From: Antedon mediterranea
Lineage: Eukaryota; Animalia; Echinodermata
Direction of reading: 5' to 3'
Assembly (NCBI RefSeq): GCF_964355755.1
Contig: NC_092672.1
Span: 8,680,001 to 8,744,000 of the forward strand
Length of the DNA: 64,000 nt
The translations under genes were made by a program, and so were the position numbers. Shown here piece after piece: positions 1 through 12,600 of the stretch (within the stretch, counting starts at the first letter, position 1; each line of letters starts with the position of its first letter). Below the pieces are notes generated by a model. That model saw only the letters and a program-made list of their open reading frames with translations, made no database searches and was not told the origin of the DNA.

Positions 1-515
1 ACTATTTAATCTGTTTAGTAGCAAAAGCCAAGCTTAATTTATGTTTGTTTCATCAACATTTACAAATGGAATATGACACCAATAATGTCTACTATTATTG
101 TATTAGTTAATTTAAAGTTTCAGTTTAAAAATCAATGTTTGACTCAAGGGACCATTGGGACACCTCTATCCAAGGGATATTTCTATCAGAGGGACATTTC
201 TATTACAGGAACCTTTTCCTATGAAACAAACAAGGTGACACATTTGTTCTGCAACGTAAGCAGGTAGGATCCAGACAGCGTCCCCTTAATAGAGATTCTA
301 CTGTGTAGAGATTTACTGTACATGACAGTTTTAATTGTTACTGACAGAACACAGTATTCACTATTCTATGACGATGGCAACCTGCAAATACACTACCTTT
401 CACGTTTCAGTAATATGATATTAGTGATCGTGCAAGATTCAATATTTATTAGTCCATCTATCTAAGACAAATGTATTTTTCAACAATTGTTTAAGAAATT
501 CACAGCAATACTTAC

Positions 516-683
516 ATTATAATTAACATATTTATACCATAACCTCCACCAATCTATTGCTATGAGGTACCAAGTTGTCCCCATCTGTAGACCACGCCGC
601 TTTTCCCTATCAATCCAGCCCAAAACAATTTGCTTTTCTTCTTCACGTGAAGCAGGTCTTAATCCGAGTACTATGTGACATAC
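516..683 (-). CDS. USP32: USP32 coding exon 10 (168 nt), start of DUSP domain
   Basis: TTTCAG / GTAAGT; VCHIVLGLRPASREEEKQIVLGWIDREKRRGLQMGTTWYLIAIDWWRLWYKYVNYN. Confidence 0.94.
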
Positions 684-3600
684 CTGAAACAACAATACAT
701 TACTCTTTTAATATAATGAATGTATTATCAGTAGACCCCTTCTTTTGGGAGATGCCTATTCAAGGGACACCATATTCAGGAGACACTCTTATTAAGAATG
801 CACTTTCTCATGAAATGAACGAGGGAGAATAGATGTTTCTTAACACTACGGAAAACCCCTATTAAGGAGTCGACACTCATATCTAGGAGACTTCCCTATT
901 ATGAAGGACACTTTATTGGGTCACAAAGGTATGGTCTGCTTAATAGAAGTTCTACTGTTTAATTCTGTGGATAAAAATGGCAAGGTAAAGAACACCAACC
1001 TCAAATAACAGATTACAGAATTCATCTGGCAGACTACTTTTAACTGTCCACATCTGGTATTCCTCTGGTGTGATGCTGCCATCCCCATCTCCATCATGTG
1101 CTGCTAGGATGTCTGCAGCAATAGCAAGTGGATTTAGTCTCTCAATTTTTTCATAATCCTGAAGTATAAAGAATAACTTCATTAAAACTGCAAAATGGCC
1201 TATTCGAAGTCCGAGTTTATAAATATTTTATTTTTCCTGATTTTGGGGTCAATACATCTTTAATCTATTAGTAAATTCTGGAGTACATCTTCTTTGGAAA
1301 AATGTTGTTGCCGAGGTAAAATACAGTAATTTTTTCTATCATTTAATATTTCTTCTTTTATATTCTTGATACAATGATATGGAGAATTATTTTCTTAATC
1401 TTCTTTAAGCATCATAACGTGACCACATAGTCTTATTATATTAATCTTTCTCTCATTAGAGTTGAAAAATTACAAATAGAATTCCAAGCAGACATGTTCC
1501 AGTTTATCTACAGATTAAATTTGTCTTTTGAACATAAGCCAAGTCTATTAAAGAAAAAAAGACAAAGAGACTAGCTTGTAAGAATCAGCACTATTTTACT
1601 ATTATGCACATATAAGACAGTTTAACGATTGACAGACTTAATACCAGAGCATAATCTTAGTTAGAAGAAACTGTATTATGATTTTATGATTCAAGCTGAA
1701 TAACTCCATTTTGAATGATGCATTGTGGGATAAGGGAATTTTTTTTTCTGTGTATATTATAACATTTTTAGATAAAAGCTTTTCATGCCAAAACCAATAA
1801 AAGATTTATATGAATTTATACTGTGTGTATAAGAATAAAGCAATTTTTACATTGATTTTACAAGATTATATCACTGTTTGTATTGTCTACAGTAATTTAT
1901 ATTGACACTATAATACCGCATTGCAAAGTAACAATAACGAGACAGAAGACATTGAGAATTCAATTAAATTAAATAAAATATGTGTTTTGTATTAAAATTA
2001 TTTTCTATATCAGCAATGTTTTAAATGCATTATAATATACAGTACATTGAAGTTAAATAACTAAATGTAAATATTTTTGCCCAGAGGTAAACAATTGTTA
2101 TTGTTATAACTAATATTAAATCCTGATGTGTGATGTGATACAGTACTGTAAAACCACCACAGTAATGTCTTCAGTATAAAAAGTATTCAAATGAGAGATG
2201 CACTTACTTACAGTAATCTTTCTAAAAATTATCCACATTTTTTTAATCATTTATACTCCAATAAGAGGCACAATTTTGTACAAAATTCTGAATTTCCGTT
2301 TAGTTTAAAGTAAGAACTTAGAAGTGCTAAAAGAATGCAAATTGTTGTTATATGGGTCATCTGTTGTTGCATGAGTTACATTTAATTAGAAAAAAAAAAC
2401 ATTTAGAAATTGCATTTCAAAGACATTAAGATTTCTAAAAGGGTAATTCCATTTCGTTAATGTATTTATGCAAGATAAATCAACACTAATGGCAACAATT
2501 CTGATGAATATTTTAAAATTAACCATTCTTCTATTCTTCTGAACAACAATACAAATTTGAATGCATTTGTACCTGTGTACTAACACAGTTGTTCTTAGCA
2601 ATTTTTAAAAAGGGTTTGCAGAATTTTATTAGAAAACCACAAATGTGGAGTAGGAGGTTTACGGGGAAGAAGAGGTTACAGAGGAAGAAGAGGTTACGGG
2701 GAAGAAGAGGTTAAGGGGAAGAAGTGGTTAAGGGGAAGAAGAGGGGCAACAGAAAAAACTGACTAGTAGATAATTGACTAAACTCGTATTGAATTACAAC
2801 TGAACGGATTGAAAACTATCTAGCTTTAAAACTGACCGAGGTTACAACAATTCATTACAGCTAACATCTACAGTATGTGACTTGTCGAGTCAATCATGGC
2901 CGAGCGGTTAAGGCAGGGCACTGGAAACCATAGCTATACAACAGAAGAAAGGGTGCACTCGACACAAAGGGACCCGTAGGGGAGAAGAAAGCTGTAGCAT
3001 GTGTTGTCCACACCTGTGCGCAATTCAGCCCAGTAGGCTGCAAGTCGTAGGTTATTCCCCATTTACATTTAAATACTGACTCATTTATATACTGTTGATA
3101 GAATAATTACAAAGAAATTAAATTCTAAATAAAATTTAAAGAAACATGATATAACTAGCGGATGCATTATAAACTGGCAGAGTGGCTATCAACTGGCCGA
3201 TAACTATACTGGCTTTTTAATTTATACTGAAACTGAAATCATTTTATTGATATAACTATCTTGTGTAAAGGCACTGATGAAACCTGAATTTCTAAAATCT
3301 AATACAAGCCATTGAAACTAATACATGTCGGCTATATTTCATCTAATTTTAAATGGACAAACATTGTAAGAACATGTATCAAATGATTATTCATACAGTT
3401 TAAGTATGTCAATTCGCATGATGCATTGAATCGGTCACTACAAACACGGACGATATCTAAGTCCTTGAGGGCAGCAGATAGCAATTAATAAACTGACCAA
3501 TCACGAGATGAGATTGTTAATCTATCAAATGAGCTTGGATTGAAATTTAATTTCTTTGAGTGTAAGCTCAAAATCTGATTGAATCTAATTCAAAGGTGTA

Positions 3601-6600
3601 TTGTATATTTCAAATCAAGGAAGTCGCGGGGTTAAAGATAAAATAATTTAAGATGATAATTAGGAATTAAGTCACAAATGACTGTAACTAAATACAATCA
3701 GCGTGTGCAGAAACCGAATATTAGCATGAATGCGACATTATGTTAATCATAATAAAGGCATAAATATCACATGAAAGATACTGAATAATATTAGTATTTG
3801 TAGTAGGGAATGCCGAAAATGTATTTAATTTTATTGACAAATTCGGACAATTTCAAATGTAATGAAACATTATTTTTTTTACGTTTTCATTAATTCTGTA
3901 CACACAACTTTAATGTACCATTTTAAATTTAATATCATTAATAAGAAATAATGTGAAAGACATTGAAGTCGATTCAAAGTTAAATCACTAGAATTCACTG
4001 TGAATATGCATTAAGGCGAATTTACACAGACGAGCGGAATGGTAATAAAATTCTATAATCTATGTTTTTCTTTTTGATCATTTACACAAAACACAGAGGG
4101 GACGAGCATTTTCCGTTGAGGATAAATACAGATTCTATATGAGACAAACCAAAGAGTTTTCCGCTTACCTTTACAGCTTGTCTGTGTAAATTGGCCTTAT
4201 GCTTTCTTATTTATAAACAACCCATTATGTGTTTGTGTACATTTATTGATTCTTCTTTATTCAATTACTTGTAAACACCACACACATAACTAAATAATGT
4301 ATTGATTGCGTCAACATACAGACATCAGGCCTTGTCTTTTCAAAATTGTAGGTGTGCTACAAATTGCACTCCTCAATACATTCAGGGGTGCTGTAGGTGT
4401 GCTGTTTGTACTTTGGTGTGTAGAAGTTTACCAAATTTAAGCGTGTTGTAAATCGCACTCCTTAAGGGCAGTTTAGGAGTGCGTTAGGTCAGTGATCACT
4501 CTCGCTCGCCTTAAAAGACAAGGCCTAAGACATACTGTAGAAATTCTTTACTGTGCAATATAGTACAAATAACAAACCAAAGTTTTTTTAATCTGTGTTT
4601 TAATTTTGTATTTTTAATTTTTTTATTTTGTATTTTAAACTTGGACAATTTTTTAAAAACATTTTAACCACATTTGTTACATTTTTATGTATATTTAATA
4701 ATTTGTGTTTTTCTGGTGTGGGTTCCTCCTGCATTATTTCAATTCTCTGTTATGAAGTTATATTTGTAAATTTGTGACAATTAAATATTGATTTTGGAAA
4801 CAAATTCTATATGCTTGAAATATTTTTTAACATGATGAAATAAATTGAATCTAAATCTTAGCAAAATCAGTGAAACATGTTTCGTGGAGAAATAGTAAAC
4901 TTAAAACGAGTTTGTATCTTTTTCAAAGTATAATCATTCCACGATCGTGACATGCAACTATAATTTATTATTTCTTTGTTTTTGTTTCTCAGAAATGTAT
5001 GTTTCTGCAGGTAATTATATGCAACCAATAGTAGAGAAATTGAACAAACTAGCATGCCTGCAGTGTACACAACTAGTAGTGTTGAATTTTAAACATGGGA
5101 TTTAAAAACAACTGGAATATCGTTAGGATAATGTATTTTCTCAGTTTTTTATGGGTAATACGTGGCGTTACTGTAAACATTTGTTTTCAACTGAATTTGT
5201 TAAAGGCCAGACACTATGCATGTTATATTAATGGTTTTGTATTTAATAAATCATTCAGCTTTAATTCCCTTTCACACTAAAATATAAAATGATATAATTT
5301 AGTTTTCGTTCATGTTACACATTAAACAATGTTGCTATTAAAACCACAGGATGTGAAAAATGGCTGCCGTATTTCAGCAATATTCAATGATACTCTGCCA
5401 AAGTCGATGTGTAGAAATGCAAAATGGAGTATACCCATAATTATTTACTTTTTTTACTCCCTTAAGTTTTAAATTTACAATTAGATTTATTTATTTATTC
5501 TTTCTTTTGGCTGGATCGCATTTTCAGTAACGCTGTACTGTTTTCCAAAATGGTCTAGTTACAAATTTAAAAGTAAAGAAAAATTATAACATATAAAAAT
5601 ACAGAAAAATAAAAGCAGAGTACTGTAGGCCTAAAAGATATATACAGAACATACATACAAAAAAAACCAAAATGCAGGATCACTTTAGATGATATTAGCG
5701 TTGTTACATTTTTGAGTTTATAAATATTGTATTGTCCCCCTGAAAAATAATTCTTAGGCCTACTAATTATTCTTTTTTTAATATTCCATTTCAATGTCAC
5801 ATAATATTTATTTGGATAGAAAAAAAAATGTAGTTACTGAAGAAACTGTAATTTAAAGAAAAATCAATCAAATTGGCTACCAGTCAGTGGATTTTTGGTT
5901 GAATTTAACCATTTATTTTGTCATTCTATAAGTGATTTTTTTTTTCATTTTTGTTTACAAAATAACCTATCCAAAGTCTGATTTAGTTAATCATGTTTTT
6001 GGGGGACAATACATCTTTAAATTATTAGGCCTACACTTCAGTATAAATAATAAGAACATTTTATGTATTGGGTTTAATTAATTTTTGTTTACGTAAAGAT
6101 TTATTTCAAACAGGGTCAAGCTCGATTTCTGTCATCTCTCCATTGTATGTTACAGTACATTTGTATTTTTTTATGTGTGTGCATATGCAATAAAGAATCA
6201 AGAATGATACTTACTATTTCCATGCCTATACGTAATTCCTTACGTATATTCACGAGGGATGTGCACATGCTCTCAAGTTCTTGCCGATCTAATAAACCAT
6301 CATGATTTTTATCAAATATCTTGAAACAAACTGAAATCAAAATATTGTATTATAATATCAACAGTATTTCATTTCAATAAATGAAATACATAGGTAACAA
6401 AACTCTTAAATAAAGAAAAGAAGATATATATTTTATATACCATAGATTGGTTGTGTTAAATTACACTACTGTAATTAGGTATTATGCTTGAATATGTTGG
6501 GACCATTTTAATGCTAAAATTATATATTATTCTTCTCGACATTATACCAACAATATGTAGTTTTCCCTGGAAAATACAGGTTAAAAAACAAGGAATTACT

Positions 6601-9600
6601 CGCCCACTGTGCAACAATAAGAGCTTTCTATTTTAGACAATCTCAATGAACATACAGCAGCTACAGTATAAAATGTTTTGTAAAAAATGTTTAGAATACT
6701 GTAGGCTCACTTATTTCAAAATGTTTAAAAAGACAATTATTATTAAATCAAGATGCAATACAAACGTTTAAAGATGTAAAAGAAATATTTATTTTAAATT
6801 GTTTATAAATTGTAATAATGTCACATATTTAGTTAATCACTTTGACCAAAAATTGGATTGAAAAAAAAATGATTTACCTGAAAAAACTTAAAGCAAAAAA
6901 AGTCAATTTGGCTGCCAGCCAATGGGTTTTTGGTTTAATTTAACCATTTATTTTGTCATCTTATAAGTGAAAACATTATTTTTGGGGTTTTTTTTATGAT
7001 TAACTTAATTAAAACTACAAAATGACCTATTCAAAGTCTGATTTTATTAATTTCCATGTTTTTGGGGGACAATACATCTTTAAAATAAGAATAAAAATGG
7101 TAAGTTTGAGAGAAAAAAAACCAGCAGAATCATCAGTATTTTACACATTATACTGAAATGTTTAGAATTAGCTAATAGATGCATAAATTCCTACACATAA
7201 ACTCATAACAGTTAGTTGTAATTATTGGAGGCCCCTTGGGCATGTACATATTATTATTTAAATAATGAATGAGCAGATAATTCGCTGTCAAAATAATGAG
7301 AAATTTGAGTAATAGTAGAGGACACAATGTCATAGCAAAAGAAAGCCTTTATTTTTTCCAGTCATCTTAAGTTCATGATTTAAAGTTTTAACAATATGAT
7401 CATTACCTCATCCATTAAACAAGACATTTAGCTGATGGTCATTTGCATAAAAGCTATTTTGTATTGCTCTAGTGTGTGTATGGTTTGATTTATATTGCAG
7501 CAATAAAAAATTTGTTTTGAGATGAAATGTTATGTCATTTTATCCTTCATTGGATTGGACATTTAGCTGTTGGTTATCAGGTAATAACGTTTTAATCAAA
7601 TGTTAGAAAGGTCGAGAGCTGTAGAAAAAAAAATAGATAACTCTTCAGTGAACATTTTATGATGTATTGAGATGATAATAAGGATGATGAAAGGATAAAA
7701 ATAACTTGAAATTAATTAAAATGTGGATCTATGACAAAGATGATATGAATATTATGAAGATAAATATGGAGATGATGATGATGACAATGTATAGAGATGA
7801 CGATGACAAAAACAATTAAAGGACAATTTAAACTGACGAGCGATAACGAGGAGCAGCAAAAAAAATACAGAATCTATGAAACATTTACACAAAACGTGGA
7901 GCGGACAGGCGGTTGAGCAGAAACCCACTAGATGTTAGATACAAACTCTATGTGGCAAGAACGTGGCTTTTCCGCCTACCGTTACCGCTCGTCTACTATG
8001 TAAATTGGCCTTGAAGAGGAAAAACAATATGATATTGAGCTCTCTCTACACTATCAAACTTTATGACAAAAAAATGTGATATGCCCATAATATGGACTTG
8101 ATGATGTCATATCACTACTATATTTAAGCATACAACTAACATTGGGCACATCACACTTTTTTGTCAAACTAGTTTGATAATGTAGACAGAGCTTTACACA
8201 TTACAATACTTTGATACAGGTTTTCAACTAACTTACATTTCTGGCGTTCTGCCAGCGGTCCTCTGCAGCATGCTGACAAGCCACATGCCATTTCCTTCAG
8301 ATCTATATGCTCATCATGATTCTCATCAAATGCATAGAATAATCCTGTTATAACAAAATTATTTATTACATATTAAACATGTGTTTGGCAGGTAATAACA
8401 AAGATATACTGTATTATTGTCCCCCTGAAAAATAATTTTTACCATTTTCTTTGTTTAATATGCCAAGTTAATATTGGATCGAAGAAATAAAATTATTAAC
8501 CTGAAAAAACTGAAAATTTAATGCAAAAATTGTCAAATCGAATGGGGGTTTTTTTTCTATGGAAATGAATTAACTTAATTAAAATTGCAAAATGGGCTAT
8601 TAAAAGTCTGATTTTATAAATCTTAATTTTTCATGATTTTGATCTTTTAACCAGATATTTAAAAATAACAATTCTAGGAACTTATTGTTGTCTTCTGCCT
8701 AATTCAATACTCTATATAATTATACTCAATATTGTGTAAAGGTTTGCATCATGTATAGATAGGCTACCCTCAATAAATATGGCAACTTCCACCTTTAGTC
8801 AATATACTCAGTCAATATTGTTTAACGGTTTGCATGGATAGATAGGCCACCCTAATTTATATATAGATAAACAAATACTACAAGGATTGATTGAGTTTGT
8901 TTAGCTAGTCTATAGGATTGCACAAGAATCAGTTCAGTTCAGTACATTGTTTAACCTTCTGTCCACAGAGATAATTTTGAATGTTGTCACCCAGAACATA
9001 AAAGTAAGCTTCTCCCATGACAATTTACAATATGTAAATTGATTTTCTAAACAACATTATCAATTCATTTTGCATAAAAATTATAATATTCAAGAATGAA
9101 ATTGATTATCAATAAAAAATCATAATACTAGCTACTCTTTTTAACCTTGGCCATCACTATTGATTTTCACATAAAAAAAAACTATCTAAGTAATTTAATT
9201 TTATAATATTAAAATGTTTTTTTTATTTTTTTCTTATTATTATATTATAATGTAATGAATATTGTCAGATTCCATTGATTAAAATATTTATCTTACTAAC
9301 ATTTATATTACAAATTCAAAATAAATCATTGTGTGAAAAGGTTACAATATGAACATACTGATTAAAAATGCTGTATGGTTTATTTTGACAATGATTCTCA
9401 TATAAAAAGTGAACGACCTTTGAGGGTTGAAAAACATATTACAAATGTATACACATGATTGATTTAGAAATTCATATTCAAAACATGTACGCGAGAATAC
9501 AAAAGTATTTGAAATAAATTTACAGTGAAACTATACAAGATTTTTCATAAATTAAGCACTGTAGTGTTAGAATTTAAAGGTTTTTGTATTATAGACAATA

Positions 9601-12600
9601 GTCTCAATATAAACATGAATCATGTTTATATATTTATCCTCAGAATTGCGTTGAAAAAGGAAAGATGCTATTGGCATGGTCATAGTGCATGTATTTGTCT
9701 ATAGGTACACTCGACCTACTGGTGCACAGTTGACCATAGTTTGGTGTGGTGACTATCAGTACGGTCAACTGTGCTTGAAATTAATCGTTTCCTATCCACA
9801 AGGTCAATCATGGGTTTAATGCCATTTTTCTATTGGCAAGCTTGACCATAATGCTGTTGTCTTATCATCACATGAATAGATACTTGGTTGACTGTGAGAA
9901 TAGACAACTTTACATTGGATACACATCAATTGTGCAAATAGAAAATAAAAAGCAGCAAATCACAACAATAAACAAATATTACATTGTCACAGTGAGTTGC
10001 AACATACCTTTACAGAGGTCTCTGGGTACTGGTGGCGATATCAATGGTGTAAACGTCTCTAAGTCGAATCGTCCTGTTTTGGACTGAGCTTGTAACATCC
10101 AATACTTTTTTTCAAGCTCAATTATATCAACTTCTTCCACTAAAAAAAAACAAAAAACAAATGATTTCATTACACTAAACATAAAACATGTACAGTACAA
10201 CTCTAATTTGACACTAAGTTATGTGCTCTACTTTTCCAAAAACATTTTTTTGTTATACCGTTTTATGAATGTACTTGTAGTAATAAGGTAGTTAATGGAT
10301 CATTTTGTGAATGCTATACTATACAGGCAAAATGTGCAAATGGATTGCAACAAAGATGTTCAGCATTGAGGAAGTGAGTGGCTATAATATCGGGACAGGT
10401 TTGAGCCTCACTCGCTCCATGGTTCTGGTAGTCTTCTTGGATAAGGACTATAAACCGTAGGTACAGCGTACATAAAATGCTTGTGCGTACTTTAAAGAAC
10501 CTAAAACATTTTTCGAGAAAAGTAGGGGGTTACCCTGATGTACTAGTACACACAGTCACACACAGCCACTACTGTACTTAAATTAGGCCTTCTATTAGCA
10601 AAATCTTCAGCCTGTTCAAGGCGACAACTTAATAGAAGAAGATTGACATTGTGTTGTCAAATCTGAAATTAAGTACTGACTTACAGTGTGTGACACCAGC
10701 TAGTGTTTGGTAGAAGGTGGGTGTGTCTCCATCATCAGAAAGTCTTAAGCCTTGGTGTTGAGTATCTTCCAGCAGCCAGGACGATATCTTCATCACTCCT
10801 GTGTGGTTGAGCAGCCATGAACAAAATTGTTCATATGAAACATGCTCAGTCTAGTAAAAGAAAGGGGAAAAAATCATACAATTTATGACTGGATTAACAA
10901 TAACCCTATAAATTATGTGGGATTTTACTTGAATTAAACAATGAATTTAATAGTCTTATACCTGACTTAGCCAAAATTAGGGTGAGGGACTATTATACTT
11001 GGGTGTGGAATTATACTGAAGTATACACATGGTGATAGATTATATTTCTGTACTGTAGGTCATACAGTAGTATTACTTTTTAGTGTAAAGTAATATCTCA
11101 AATGAACAACTTATTTTGTAATTTTAATCCTAATCCTATAGATGTATTCCTAAAATTGTTAGTAAATTGTTTTAATCGTATGATAATTAAGTCACTTTTT
11201 TAAAAGAATAAACGCCATAATTTTTACAGGGCTTTTATATTTGAAAATTAGCAATTTGTTTGCTAATAAATTGTTCATAATTTTCAAGTTAAAAATGTCA
11301 AAACTAGTATTGCAATGTTTGCTAGTTGTAACATTTGGAAAAAAGTCACAAAATCAACATTATTTAATACAAATTGTCAGACTGGGCTTCTTTTCAATAA
11401 ACAGGAAAAATTAATAAAACATTTAATCAATGAACAATAGCTATAATTGTTCTATTGACAATAAACTAAACCAATTATTTTTCGTTAACAATTAGGCCTA
11501 GTCTTTAATTTATTAAAATTAAACAGAAAGTAGAAATCACAATAGAGATGAAATTCATTATTAATAAATGATCCTTGTGTTAATGCAGCCTACGGATTTG
11601 ACTTTACAACCCATGCGGAATGCCATGACTCATATCTGCACTACAGATAACTAATATTACAATGTACACACACTTCTACTGTGAAAATTAATAACAACAA
11701 ATCTAAGATGCTCCACTGTAAATTGAACACTTCCATATTGACGGGACATCTAACACAAGACTTGGATAATGTATGCGCCACTCTCAGCATTGGTCTTATT
11801 ATTCATTTCATACTTGCTTATCACTATGTCAGTATTCTAGTCACACATTTCGAGCTAGTGTATTGTACTGATTTAACACCATTGGAATCAGCTCATTGCT
11901 TAATTAAAATTAATTTACAGTAGTATCTTTATTAGTAAAGTATTTCATTAAATAGTAATACTTTCAAACAGTCAATTCCTAAGGTGCTTCCAATCTCTCA
12001 AGTGTAAAACATAAAACATATGGACTCCATGCAAAACTTGGCATGATTATTTAAAATTCAATTATTTCCATTTTTATTTCTTGATTGTTTAATAATAATT
12101 AATAATATTCCTCACCAATATTTCAATACCTAATTTAAGGTCAATATGCATGACTCCAAACAGAAACTGCTCTATACAGTTGTATACCAAAATTATTCAA
12201 TTTCAATTTATTTCACAAAAAATACAATTAACAGAGCTCTCTAATACTTTACTGTAAAAAATAAGAGAATAAAAATGAACTTGTGCGGGAGAAACTAAAT
12301 ACATTATTAATATTATTAAGCTCTGTCTACACTTTAACTTAAACTTTTGTGACAACAAAATATGATGTGCCCCAATACGCACATGATGACATGTCATGCA
12401 CATGTACCATATTTGAGCTTACACTACCATATTTGGGCACATCACAGAAATTAGTTTGATATTGTAGACAGCGCTTTATTTTATTTAAAGACTTTAAATA
12501 AACATGATTTATGATTCAAACTTGCAGCTTCTGCTTCAGAAGACATACTGATTTAGTTAGTTACTAAGTAAAGAAACAAAACTAAAAAATAAAAAATGTT

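Noticed and set aside
320-381. Additional USP32 exon after the TTTGCAG at 382-388 (minus strand)
   Set aside because: The required phase-0 frame hits TAG after six codons and no convincing donor precedes it.
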